Shown here piece after piece: positions 45,216 through 54,762 of a stretch of DNA of 64,000 nucleotides; within the stretch, counting starts at the first letter, position 1; each line of letters begins with the position of its first letter. The notes beneath the pieces are model-generated. The model saw nothing but the letters and a program-made list of their open reading frames with translations. It was not told the DNA's origin and did not search any database. A program made the translations under genes and the position numbers. The DNA comes from a virus (Duplodnaviria > Caudoviricetes): IMG/VR virus record IMGVR_UViG_3300048881_000698, positions 96,001 to 160,000 of that record. The stretch is one strand, 5' to 3'.

Positions 45216-46907
45216 TTAAGATACGCTATTATATCCCTCTCGAATCTGCCTCACCTGTTCTTTAAAGCTTGGATAACCATTATAGCTCTGATGCAGCTGT
45301 GAAGTTAAAATAAAAATATTTATTCCATATATTTGTGATCTGTATTCTAATATTTTCTCTTTTATTGTCTTCCAAGTTTCATGTTCATGTCCTGGTTCCG
45401 GCGGGCTTGAATTCCAGTCTCCTCCTGGAATTGTCCACGATACAGGCATAGAATTGGGAACAAGAAAAATTCCGTCCGGTGCACCATAATGTTTGCCATT
45501 AACTCTCTTAACGATTTCATTTGGGCTCGCTATTTCCAACCTAGGTTCTACCACATCAAAATAATCTAACAGCACAATTGGGCTAATACATTCTATAAAC
45601 CCACTAAACCAAATTCTAATACCAGGCACGTGTTTTCTAAGCTCATTAGAAAAGACTTTTGCAGTTAAATCATTCATGGCGAGGGCGGCGCCGGAACTTC
45701 TGGAGCCCGGGCGAGGATTTTTCTCTGAACCTACCCAACCTGGCCAACCTTGAAAAGCATCACGCTCAGCAACCCAATGATAGTTGGTGATTCCAAGAAA
45801 ATTAAGTTTTTTTGCAACGGCAATGGCCTCGGTTCTGGCCATGGCTATAGTTTCATGTTCATCTTGCGGTTTTTGCGTAAGGTTATAGACTTTTTTCCCA
45901 GAACCAAAAGCTTGTGCCCCTGAATATCCCCAACCATGTATTTCAAAATCTGATTTTCTTGCATGAGCTACCGTCAATATGTGTTCTATCTCTTCTCTAA
46001 CAGTTCTTCCGGATAATCTTTTCGTATAATCATCTGATATCACACTTCCATCTCTTGCGGCAGCTCTTCCATGTAATTTAAAACTTAAATAATTTATGCC
46101 GGCATCGACAACTTTTTTAATCCAGTCGGTTGTCCAAAAAAAAGGCAATGGGCGGCCGGCTTTCATAGCATCTTTTTGATATCTACCCTTCCATATCCAA
46201 TCTGAAGCCATATAACAACCAACAACAGGCGATTTTTCGGGGTCGAGCGGTGGGGCCATTTTTGGTTCAGGCGAGATATCAACAATATCATAAGGGTTGG
46301 GGAAAAACAATTTTCGATTTGCGGCCATATCCATCTTTTTTTTAAGCAATTCAATTGACCTTCCTATAGGGAGTGCCGCACTGGGTGCCATTAAACTGGA
46401 TGGGTTTTCAGGAAGCAAAGTTGAAGAGGCCAATCCCAAATAAATAGGATCTCTTTGGAACGCTCTATTCCCAAAATCAACATAAACTATATCAGCTGGC
46501 TTTGGTATTGGTAGAGTTCCATCCCTTCCTATGAATGTCGTATGCAGGTTTATGGCATCCCAATCCGCTTCTTCATCGTTTGGGTCGTTGTCCACCGGTA
46601 ATGATGAGGGCGTTTTTATTATATCTATTTCTGGAATTCTTGCTTTTACGAAAACAGTAGATTTTGGTGAGTCCATAAATGAAGATTCTTCTACCCACGC
46701 ATACAGAACACGTGCATGCAGTCGTTGGCCAAGATTATCAAATACCTTTGCTTTTTTGGATGTGATAATAGCATCTCTTGTAGCCGTTAAAAATGAATCA
46801 TTTATCTTGCCACGAAATTCTGAGCTTTCGACTGGGTTCAAGTCTCCCCAATCGTCGGCAGCTGCTTGTCTAGCTAACTGTCTCCCTAAATGTTCTTCAT
46901 TAGGCAT
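45216..46907 (-). CDS. gp5-like baseplate hub protein: OB-fold N-terminus plus putative TIM-barrel glycoside hydrolase domain
   Basis: VKARIPE...PKPADIVYVDF...PIYLG fits a gp5/Vgr OB fold; AGINYLSFK...IHGWGY...EA...YHWVAE is an alternating beta/alpha pattern. Confidence 0.55.
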   Translation of the reverse strand: MPNEEHLGRQLARQAAADDWGDLNPVESSEFRGKINDSFLTATRDAIITSKKAKVFDNLGQRLHARVLYAWVEESSFMDSPKSTVFVKARIPEIDIIKTPSSLPVDNDPNDEEADWDAINLHTTFIGRDGTLPIPKPADIVYVDFGNRAFQRDPIYLGLASSTLLPENPSSLMAPSAALPIGRSIELLKKKMDMAANRKLFFPNPYDIVDISPEPKMAPPLDPEKSPVVGCYMASDWIWKGRYQKDAMKAGRPLPFFWTTDWIKKVVDAGINYLSFKLHGRAAARDGSVISDDYTKRLSGRTVREEIEHILTVAHARKSDFEIHGWGYSGAQAFGSGKKVYNLTQKPQDEHETIAMARTEAIAVAKKLNFLGITNYHWVAERDAFQGWPGWVGSEKNPRPGSRSSGAALAMNDLTAKVFSNELRKHVPGIRIWFSGFIECISPIVLLDYFDVVEPRLEIASPNEIVKRVNGKHYGAPDGIFLVPNSMPVSWTIPGGDWNSSPPEPGHEHETWKTIKEKILEYRSQIYGINIFILTSQLHQSYNGYPSFKEQVRQIREGYNSVS

Positions 46908-47196
46908 CTGTTCCGTTACCTTGAATTAAATCAAATAATTCTTGTTTATCTTCACTTGTAAGATTCTCTGATTTAGATTCTCTTTTTTGCAAAAGTGCAA
47001 TAATTTTTACTAATTGTTCGTTAGACCTCTGCAGTGTTTCCACATATTTCGCGGCGACTTGACCAACTTTTTCATGACTTTTTTCGTCTGTAGCTAGAAA
47101 TCGTAAAACATCTTTGAGAAGATCTTTTGTAACCTTTCGATCCTCGTGGATGTTTTCAATAGCTTCTTGTAAATATTTTTCTAAATCTTTTTTCAT
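46900..47196 (-). CDS. Hypothetical helical phage protein
   Basis: 98-aa ORF overlapping the next gene; preceded by the candidate promoter motif. Confidence 0.75.
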   Translation of the reverse strand: MKKDLEKYLQEAIENIHEDRKVTKDLLKDVLRFLATDEKSHEKVGQVAAKYVETLQRSNEQLVKIIALLQKRESKSENLTSEDKQELFDLIQGNGTDA

Positions 47197-47223
47197 AATA
47201 AAAACCCACTCTTAATAACACAA

Positions 47224-47231
47224 TAAATAGG
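47224..47231 (-). promoter_or_regulatory. Candidate late-promoter motif CCTATTTA
   Basis: Intergenic, at the head of the structural gene run. Confidence 0.45.
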
Positions 47232-47237
47232 CTTTTA

Positions 47238-47927
47238 TTATATTTTTCCTTTATTCCAATCATCCTTAAAATTTCTATATCTGGCTCTCATCTTATTAAG
47301 ACTATTAACAACTTGTTTTGTATTTAATCCAGTTAGCTCTCTAAGATAAAGATATATGGCTTTTTTATTAAAAATTTCAATTCTATCTGAATTTGTGAGT
47401 AAAATTTTAATAGCTTCTAGAACTTTTCTTTCATTTGGTTTTAAATCCTCAGTATCCCATGATTGTATTTCTTTCCAAAGTTTGTCCCAAAATTCTTCTA
47501 ATTCTTTTATTTGTTCATAATTGTTCTCTACTGATAAATAAGTTTGTTCTAGTCTCTTGCTTAAATCGTCGAACTGTATCTCTCTCTTTTTTCGTTGGGT
47601 ATCTTTTTTGACCTTGTGAATAAACCAATTTTTTGTAATGACACTAAAATAAGAAAAGGCTTTTGAGCCTTTGTTTGGGTCATATTTATCTAAAATCGTA
47701 GTAAGCCAAATTTTACATTCTTCACGTAAAATATCAATATTTGGAAGTGTGGAAAATTTATATGTATACACAATTTTATCCACCATCTCACTAAAAGCCG
47801 GCTGAATGTATATAATATACAATTGTTCTTTGTCTTTTCTATTTACACTATTCGCATATTTGACTACGGCGTTTTCGTGCTCTTTTGTAAAGTAATATTT
47901 TCCTGCCTTATTCGACTTCTTCGGCAT
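47238..47927 (-). CDS. Phage RNA polymerase sigma factor (late-sigma-like)
   Basis: Region-2-like KYDPNKGSKAFSYFSVITKNWF and C-terminal HTH-like LRELTGLNTKQVVNSL; likely start MPKK at 47927. Confidence 0.8.
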   Translation of the reverse strand: MPKKSNKAGKYYFTKEHENAVVKYANSVNRKDKEQLYIIYIQPAFSEMVDKIVYTYKFSTLPNIDILREECKIWLTTILDKYDPNKGSKAFSYFSVITKNWFIHKVKKDTQRKKREIQFDDLSKRLEQTYLSVENNYEQIKELEEFWDKLWKEIQSWDTEDLKPNERKVLEAIKILLTNSDRIEIFNKKAIYLYLRELTGLNTKQVVNSLNKMRARYRNFKDDWNKGKI

Positions 47928-48213
47928 ATTCTTCCCCGCCTTCCGGAGCAGGAATATAAATTTTTTCAAATTCTTCCAATTCCGTTACAATTTCTTTAGA
48001 ATGGCCGATTAAATTTTTAATTATTTCGTCGCCATAATAAGTTTCCATGTTATAGATTCGTTCTAAGTGTCCGGAAAAATTACGTGCTGATTGTAATAGA
48101 TCGTCTATGTTATCAGAGACAAACAGAAGCTTAAACAAAATTTTGCGGATATACCATAAAAGAAGAACGTTCAAAGCCAAAGACAAGGATAAAAATATTG
48201 CAAGATAAATCAT
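47908..48213 (-). CDS. Membrane-anchored hypothetical protein
   Basis: N-terminal TM helix; overlaps neighbouring genes. Confidence 0.7.
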   Translation of the reverse strand: MIYLAIFLSLSLALNVLLLWYIRKILFKLLFVSDNIDDLLQSARNFSGHLERIYNMETYYGDEIIKNLIGHSKEIVTELEEFEKIYIPAPEGGEEYAEEVE

Positions 48214-48461
48214 TGTTTATATTCCTGCTTTTTTAACCTTTGCTTCTCTTTTTTAACTTCATTTTTGGTTTCTTCAATAAATTTCTTTACTTCCTGACCT
48301 TTTTTTGTCTTTTTTACTGTTTTTCTGTTAATCACTGCTGGCACTTTCTTAAGTTCTCCATCACACTCAAAAAAACTACATTTTTCTAGTTTTTCATTCA
48401 TCGAATGTCTTACTTCGAAAACCTTTTCACATTTTTTACAAATGTAAGTATATTTAGGCAT
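48210..48461 (-). CDS. FmdB-family zinc-ribbon protein
   Basis: MPKYTYICKKCEKVFE...CSFFECDGELKK; start at 48461. Confidence 0.85.
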   Translation of the reverse strand: MPKYTYICKKCEKVFEVRHSMNEKLEKCSFFECDGELKKVPAVINRKTVKKTKKGQEVKKFIEETKNEVKKEKQRLKKQEYKQ

Positions 48462-48681
48462 CTTCTTGAGTTGCTGATTCGAGCGCTTCCATGTCATCGT
48501 GTGAAAATTTGACAATTGGCGGATTCAAGACAACTAAATCTCCATCGCTGTCGACAAACTTGAAACTCTTCAACACTGGAACGATGTCGCTTTGTTCCAT
48601 TAAACTCTTTTGCAGTGCCATCATTACAGCTCCTAAAGCCTGATCTGAAAGATGCAGTTCGTTTGTTTTTGTATCACTCAT
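48454..48681 (-). CDS. Hypothetical protein
   Basis: 75-aa ORF with AGGAGA RBS. Confidence 0.7.
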   Translation of the reverse strand: MSDTKTNELHLSDQALGAVMMALQKSLMEQSDIVPVLKSFKFVDSDGDLVVLNPPIVKFSHDDMEALESATQEDA

Positions 48682-48682
48682 A

Positions 48683-49531
48683 CTAATTCTCCTTTATTAC
48701 TGCTCGTCCTTTAAGTTTTTCCCAATCTTTTTCCGGACGAATTTCTAGATTGGTTTGCCATGCAGCTTTAAGTGTGTTTAGGCTAATCCCAACACTATCA
48801 GCTAAAGCTATAAAAGCATTTAAGTCTTTTGGAAGACAACTTCCTCCAAAGCCCAATTTTCCATCTGGGCCTGGTACATGTAAATGAGAATCTGCTACAC
48901 GACCATCGGCAACAAAGCCACGTAATGCATCATCCCAGTTAACTCCTATTTCTTCGGCAAAAAGTCTCGTCTCATTAGCGAAAGAAACTTTCAAAGCAAA
49001 GAACACGTTCCCTAGATATTTTATAAATTCGGCTGTTCTGGGGTCCGTTTTTACAAAATTGCAATGATTAAACCGGTTTATATAAAGGCCAACAACTTTC
49101 TGCACCGACCTGAAGTCTCCCCCCAAAACGACCCTTGACTGATTCAAAAAATCAAATTTGGCTTTTCTCTCTGTTAAGAATTCTGGATTGTATACAAAAT
49201 TAAGAGATGGGAATTTCTCTTTTAAAAAATCAGTTGTTCCCGGGACAACAGTTGACTTCAAAACCACTACATTGTCTTTTCTTATGTTCGCATCATCAAT
49301 TTTTGTAATAACATCGTTGATGATATCTAAGTTTATTGAGCCATCCGGATTCATGGGCGTGGGCACAGACACAAAAAGTATATCGGATCTGTTTACCGTT
49401 TCTTTAAACTCATCGACGCATTTCAAAGGATCCAAATCATAAATTCTAATTTTAGCTACGGGACTGAAGCCGTAAGCCAAAGCCTGCCCAACAAAGCCAT
49501 TGCCAATAATGCCGACATTATATTTTGTCAT
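48683..49531 (-). CDS. ugd: UDP-glucose/GDP-mannose dehydrogenase family protein (short form without the C-terminal UDP-binding domain)
   Basis: GNGFVG, VPTP, KSTVVPGTT, NPEFL and GFGGSCLPKD. Confidence 0.9.
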   Translation of the reverse strand: MTKYNVGIIGNGFVGQALAYGFSPVAKIRIYDLDPLKCVDEFKETVNRSDILFVSVPTPMNPDGSINLDIINDVITKIDDANIRKDNVVVLKSTVVPGTTDFLKEKFPSLNFVYNPEFLTERKAKFDFLNQSRVVLGGDFRSVQKVVGLYINRFNHCNFVKTDPRTAEFIKYLGNVFFALKVSFANETRLFAEEIGVNWDDALRGFVADGRVADSHLHVPGPDGKLGFGGSCLPKDLNAFIALADSVGISLNTLKAAWQTNLEIRPEKDWEKLKGRAVIKEN

Positions 49532-50381
49532 TTTCTACTCCTTTGAAACACCGGTTCAGACCTTCACTTAATTTGACCTTCACTCTCCAACCTAATTCGG
49601 CCAATGGTCCTGTATCGGCCTTAGTGTATAAAACATCGCCTGGTCGTGGTGATCTATATTCAAACGATACATCCGGATGGTATTCTCTTACTATTCCTTT
49701 CAGCTCGTTTAATGATATGTTTGTTCCGGTGCCAACATCGTAATGGGCGCCGTTAAATTCATCGTCGTATTCCATGCAGAAAATGTTTGCAGCGACTGCG
49801 TCGTGAACATACAACATATCTCTTCTCTGTTCTCCGTCTCCGGTAATAAATGGAGTTTCTCCTTCGCGGATGTATTCCATCCAATTAGCGACGGCTGTTG
49901 CATAAGGGCCGTCAACAGTCTGGTCTTCCGAGTATACATTAAAGTATCTTAAGCCAACAGTATCGACGCCATAAAGATCTGCATACAATTTGCACTCCAT
50001 CTCCGTAACCAACTTCTGTAAACCATACGGACTAGTTGGCCCATCGCCATTACCAACAACTGAGGAAGAGCTTGAATATATTACACGTTTTGCTTTCACT
50101 TGTCTGGCAAAGTTTAATACAATGCTACCGGCCATAACATTATTTTGCATTGTCGATACTGGATTTTCGACACTATATGCAACTCTCGGAATGCATGCTA
50201 AGTGAAAAATATACTCCGGAGAGAAAGAGGAAAGATCTTCAAGACAGCCCGGGAGCAAGATATCATCGTCGGGTGAATCTTTCATATCGACGCCAACAAC
50301 ATCGTGTCCTTGTTTTTTTAATTCGGCGTAGAGCCGACTACCAATATATCCCTTGTGCCCGGTTACTAAACATCTAGCCAT
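49518..50381 (-). CDS. NAD-dependent nucleotide-sugar epimerase/dehydratase
   Basis: TGHKGYIGS, SSSS, YGLQK, LRYFNVY and GDGEQRRD. Confidence 0.92.
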   Translation of the reverse strand: MARCLVTGHKGYIGSRLYAELKKQGHDVVGVDMKDSPDDDILLPGCLEDLSSFSPEYIFHLACIPRVAYSVENPVSTMQNNVMAGSIVLNFARQVKAKRVIYSSSSSVVGNGDGPTSPYGLQKLVTEMECKLYADLYGVDTVGLRYFNVYSEDQTVDGPYATAVANWMEYIREGETPFITGDGEQRRDMLYVHDAVAANIFCMEYDDEFNGAHYDVGTGTNISLNELKGIVREYHPDVSFEYRSPRPGDVLYTKADTGPLAELGWRVKVKLSEGLNRCFKGVENDKI

Positions 50382-51054
50382 TATCTACCTCCGCCAATCT
50401 ATTATCGTATCTCTCTACTTCTTTTTTGTTATTGGTTCTATTATTTTCATGCATTCGATATTTGTATAAAGGCATCAACAAATTGTACAAATTATATTTT
50501 TCTTTATATCTTGTCAAAAGCTCGTGACCTTCGCGCATTTTAAATTCTTCGTTATAAAAACCTATGCTACACAAAGATTCATATGTAAACATTGTACCAC
50601 AAGCAATAGGTTCTTCTGAAGATAGATGTCTGCTTAGAATGTTTCCAGCATTGTCAACTTTAAAATAATCACAAGCAGTAGCTTGGTAACTTTGACCGTC
50701 GCCCATTACCCTAGGGCCAGAGTTCATATCAAGAAAAGTGGAAAGTATATATAAGAAATGTTTCGACACATAATCATCTGAATCTACCCTGACAAAGTAT
50801 TTTCCTAAAGAATTCTTAAGGACCATGTTTAACGATCCTGGTAGTCCGATATTCTCCGTATTATTTATTAATTTTATATTCAAATATTCTTCTAGTGGTT
50901 TGCAAACTTCTTCTAATTGTTCTTCCGGATCATCATTTACAATAATAACTTCAAATTCATCCTTTGAAATTGTTTGCTTAGACAAACTTCTAAGGCAGCG
51001 ATAAAGCCATTTTTTTTGTTTGTAACAACATATACCAACTGTTATCTTATACAT
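50374..51054 (-). CDS. Glycosyltransferase family 2
   Basis: FEVIIVNDD, NIGL and RVDSDD. Confidence 0.9.
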   Translation of the reverse strand: MYKITVGICCYKQKKWLYRCLRSLSKQTISKDEFEVIIVNDDPEEQLEEVCKPLEEYLNIKLINNTENIGLPGSLNMVLKNSLGKYFVRVDSDDYVSKHFLYILSTFLDMNSGPRVMGDGQSYQATACDYFKVDNAGNILSRHLSSEEPIACGTMFTYESLCSIGFYNEEFKMREGHELLTRYKEKYNLYNLLMPLYKYRMHENNRTNNKKEVERYDNRLAEVDNG

Positions 51055-51947
51055 CTTTTACACAATTTTAATATCGCTTCTAAAGCTTTGGATTGGCTTT
51101 CTACTGTTGCTCCTGCAACGTGTGGAGTAATCGTAACACCATCATAATCTAGATTAAAAAGCTTAGATTGATAAAGCGACCTTATATCTTGCTCGCCGGA
51201 GAGAACATCAGCCGAGTATTTAATCTCGTCATTAATGATCAAATCATAAATATAATCTTCGTTAACCACTTCGCCTCGCGAGGTATTCACCACTATTAAA
51301 CCCGTCTTGAAATTGTCTAAAGTTTCATAAGTTATTAGTTCTCTAGTCTCATCAGTTAAGTAACAGTTAATTGAAAGTATATCACAATCCTTTAAGTCAT
51401 TTAAATTATCAACTTTATTAAATATATTTCCCTCGCTTACATACGGATCGTACCAAAATGCTTCCACTCCAAAGGCTTTAGCATAATTTAAAAGTTTTTT
51501 TCCTATTCTTCCCATACCAATAATGCCTAGTTTTTTACCATATAATTCGTTGGATCTCAAAAGTTTCTCATTTTCTCGCCAACTATTTTTATTATTAACA
51601 GCTAAGTTAAATTTTCGGACGGCATTCATTATGTGAAGCCATGTAAATTCAGCAGAAGCGTGAATATTTTCCAAAGACTCTCTGTCATCCAATAAACATT
51701 TTACAGAAATATTATTTTGTGCAAGATATTCGATATCAATATGATTAATGCCTGTTGAAGGTGTGCCAACAACTTTCAAATATTTAAACTGATTCAGATA
51801 CTCGGGTCCTATAAATTCGCTTGTGCCAGGATTGACAATCACACACTCAGAATCTAGGCCGGCCAACGTGGAATCAACTTTTTGTAGCAACAACTCCAGC
51901 CCCGTATCGCAAATAAAATCCGTAGGACAATCTAATTTAACTTTCAT
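51042..51947 (-). CDS. D-isomer-specific 2-hydroxyacid dehydrogenase (SerA-like)
   Basis: STGINHID, GIIGMGRIG, NTSRGEVV, DV and TPHVAGAT. Confidence 0.9.
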   Translation of the reverse strand: MKVKLDCPTDFICDTGLELLLQKVDSTLAGLDSECVIVNPGTSEFIGPEYLNQFKYLKVVGTPSTGINHIDIEYLAQNNISVKCLLDDRESLENIHASAEFTWLHIMNAVRKFNLAVNNKNSWRENEKLLRSNELYGKKLGIIGMGRIGKKLLNYAKAFGVEAFWYDPYVSEGNIFNKVDNLNDLKDCDILSINCYLTDETRELITYETLDNFKTGLIVVNTSRGEVVNEDYIYDLIINDEIKYSADVLSGEQDIRSLYQSKLFNLDYDGVTITPHVAGATVESQSKALEAILKLCKRCIR

Positions 51948-52641
51948 TTTTTTCCCTCAAAAGTAGTTCGGCAAGTTTAAAATCTAACGCAGTGTCGATA
52001 TTAACTGACTCTAATTCGCCCATAATATACGGTCTGCAGATTTTTCCATGGCGTGAAAAATCCCTAACAATGCAATCTCTGGTCATTGCATAAATTGCGC
52101 CATTTCGAATATAACATGGCTCAAGGTCTTGCCGTCGGCTCCCCTCTCCTTCAGGGAATTCTTTACAAAAATCTGATATTTTATCACCTGATATTCGTTT
52201 CATTCTTGTTGGGTGTTTATCTTGCATTTGAGTAACCGATGTTACACTATCACAATTGCCAGTTTTAAGTTTTCTATATGCTTCTTTAATATGTTTATCA
52301 GTTCTCAAAGGAGCAACACATGGAAGCTCAACAACATAATCATATTTTATGTCATAAACTTCCTCGCACTCCAAAACTGCATGTTTTAAAGCATCGCGAG
52401 ACCATACATAATCTTGCGCGAGGGCGTCTGGTCTCATAAACGGCACCTCTGCGCCATATTGGCTAGCTATTCCGGCGATTTCTTCCGAATCGGTACTGAC
52501 TATATAATTTGTAAAAATGTCGGAATCTAATGCTGCCTCAATTGTATATGCAATCAAAGGTTTGTTATTCAACAATTTAATGTTTTTTTTAGGAACCCCT
52601 TTTGACCCGCCTCTAGCTAACGTTACACCTAATACTTTCAA
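51937..52641 (-). CDS. neuA: CMP-N-acetylneuraminate (nonulosonate) cytidylyltransferase
   Basis: ARGGSKGVPKKNI, KPLIAYTI, VSTDS, NGAIY and NIDT..D. Confidence 0.92.
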   Translation of the reverse strand: MKVLGVTLARGGSKGVPKKNIKLLNNKPLIAYTIEAALDSDIFTNYIVSTDSEEIAGIASQYGAEVPFMRPDALAQDYVWSRDALKHAVLECEEVYDIKYDYVVELPCVAPLRTDKHIKEAYRKLKTGNCDSVTSVTQMQDKHPTRMKRISGDKISDFCKEFPEGEGSRRQDLEPCYIRNGAIYAMTRDCIVRDFSRHGKICRPYIMGELESVNIDTALDFKLAELLLREKNES

Positions 52642-53299
52642 ACTGATCTCCGTATTCTCTCAATAATTTAAGTTCTTCCAAAGTCATAGAGCCAATATGA
52701 TCATTGCCATTCATGCCTTTGTTAAGAGTGAAATGTTTTTCTATTACTCTTGCTCCGTGTGCAATATTATACAATGCATAAGAAATTCCATAAGAGTGAT
52801 CACTTAACCCAACTATTTTATCACTATACTCAAAATTTTTAAAATCTAAAATACTTGTCGGATACTTGGAAATACAATTTAAGTATTTTATATTGTTGCC
52901 ATCAAACGGCATGCCGCTTCCTTCCCAAAAGCCTAAGGATATATAAACAGGTTTTTTGGTTGCAATAATTTGTTTACACAGATCTGATTCTTTTACAACT
53001 GTCCTGCTGGCTATTTTATACAGCTCGACGTTTAATTTCTCGCACCATTCTAATTTCTCTTCGTCGAACACCGACGCGAAAAAGACAATTCCATAATGTT
53101 CACAAATTTGTTTTATTTTACGAACTTCTTTAAATGTAAATTCATTTTGTCTTCGTGACTCATCACCAAAGACTCTTTCAGAATTGTAAAGCTGAAATTT
53201 TGCATAATCTGCTCCTCCGATTTTTGATTGACGAATTAATTCTTCTATTTTCCGAAAATCGCCATTATGATTAATACCTATTTCTGATATGATTTTCAT
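52613..53299 (-). CDS. neuB: N-acetylneuraminate/nonulosonate synthase (short, no SAF domain)
   Basis: EIGINHNG, AKFQ, KIAS, CISKYP, GLSDHS, IEKHFTL and DH. Confidence 0.9.
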   Translation of the reverse strand: MKIISEIGINHNGDFRKIEELIRQSKIGGADYAKFQLYNSERVFGDESRRQNEFTFKEVRKIKQICEHYGIVFFASVFDEEKLEWCEKLNVELYKIASRTVVKESDLCKQIIATKKPVYISLGFWEGSGMPFDGNNIKYLNCISKYPTSILDFKNFEYSDKIVGLSDHSYGISYALYNIAHGARVIEKHFTLNKGMNGNDHIGSMTLEELKLLREYGDQFESIRCNVS

Positions 53300-54030
53300 A
53301 TATTTCTCACAAATAAAATATTTTTCATAGAAAACAGTTTTTTATGTTTATTTTTGGCAAACTCGTTGGCGTGGGTCATTTGTATACTGTGGTTGCTTAA
53401 GAGGCCGCCTCTCTTTTTGTTCGGATCTAAATCTGTGTTGTACTTTTCAAATTTATCACAAATAGTAGAATATAGGTCCATGTATCTTGAATTTGAAAGA
53501 AACCAATAATCTATAATATGTGTTTTTTTTGTCGACGGAGAATACCTTTCATTATCATTTGAATAAAAATATTTCATGTCATAATCTTGAATATGAAGCT
53601 TTGTATCTTTCAAGACTATATCGTATCTGAGAACCATGACAGCGTCATATGTAAAATTTTCTTGCTCTTCCACTTTTTGTTTCAAGCCTATTACTTTTTT
53701 TGTCGAAGAGTACGAACTTAAAGCGCTAAATTCTAATTTTACATGCCGCGCAGTGAATCCGTCATCAATTTTCCTCTTCGTCTCAAATGGATATTGTTCT
53801 TCTATTGTGCTTTCTTTAGGCTGATATAGGGAAAGTAATTCCTCTTTCTGTCCCGAACTCCAAGAGTGTAAGAAAATGTCCACTTGATGGCCATCATCTC
53901 GGTTTGGTTGTATTATGCTTTCCATATGATATTTAAAGCCAATACTTGGGTCTAGCGCGGCGCCGATACTTGTGCTGCTTGTGTTATTTTTATAACCCAC
54001 CAGCCCTTTAAAACATAATGCTATTTTCAT
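53296..54030 (-). CDS. Hypothetical protein, possible glycosyltransferase
   Basis: KIALCFKG...DIFLHSW...YDAVMVLRYD...DYWF, a pattern I associate with viral glycan clusters. Confidence 0.5.
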   Translation of the reverse strand: MKIALCFKGLVGYKNNTSSTSIGAALDPSIGFKYHMESIIQPNRDDGHQVDIFLHSWSSGQKEELLSLYQPKESTIEEQYPFETKRKIDDGFTARHVKLEFSALSSYSSTKKVIGLKQKVEEQENFTYDAVMVLRYDIVLKDTKLHIQDYDMKYFYSNDNERYSPSTKKTHIIDYWFLSNSRYMDLYSTICDKFEKYNTDLDPNKKRGGLLSNHSIQMTHANEFAKNKHKKLFSMKNILFVRNI

Positions 54031-54042
54031 TCCTAAATTTTA

Positions 54043-54762
54043 TTATAAAACTAATTTGGCATCCAAACCATCTTGCCTAAATGATTTAGAAGTCTCAACG
54101 GAAAATTCATGTAAATTTTTTCCAATTCTATTTATTCGATCCATTGGTGCATCCGGAACTGTTATAATTTGACACCCTACGTTTACCGCATCGAAAATAT
54201 TAAGCACTCTCTGACAACCAGCCCAAAGAACTTCTATATTAGAATTTTCTGAATATAGTTCAACTGCTTGTTTAACAATAGGTTCCGGATATACACCAGT
54301 ATCTGAAATTCTTCCCGAGAAAATAGAAACGATTGTCGGCGTTTTTGTTTGCTTAAGTGACTCCCAAATTTTCTCAATTTGCTGTGTGGTGTACACTGTT
54401 GTAATATTAATTTTCATTCCTTCATTGTTAAGCTTTTTTACCAATCCAACAGAAGATTCCCCTTCTGAATTAACGACAGGAATTTTAACATATACATTTT
54501 CTGCCCAACTAGAAATTTCCCTAGCTTGAGATTCCATCTCGGAAAGATCTTTTGCAAAAACTTGAAAAGAAATTGGCTTTCCATTTGCTAATTTAATTTT
54601 TTCTAAGGCAAACTGTTTGTAATCAGTAATTCCTGCTTGCTTTAAAAAAGAAATATTGGTTGTATACCCGCGCACATGCTGATTTTTACTATATTTTTCA
54701 ATATTGTTGCCGTCGTAAAAAATCTTAATTTTCTCTAATTCGTTAATTTTTGACATCTTCAT
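54043..54762 (-). CDS. tal: Transaldolase (short TalC/FSA-like family)
   Basis: GYTTN, PISFQV, NVYVKIP (Schiff-base Lys), INIT, SIFSGRISD and LWA. Confidence 0.85.
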   Translation of the reverse strand: MKMSKINELEKIKIFYDGNNIEKYSKNQHVRGYTTNISFLKQAGITDYKQFALEKIKLANGKPISFQVFAKDLSEMESQAREISSWAENVYVKIPVVNSEGESSVGLVKKLNNEGMKINITTVYTTQQIEKIWESLKQTKTPTIVSIFSGRISDTGVYPEPIVKQAVELYSENSNIEVLWAGCQRVLNIFDAVNVGCQIITVPDAPMDRINRIGKNLHEFSVETSKSFRQDGLDAKLVL

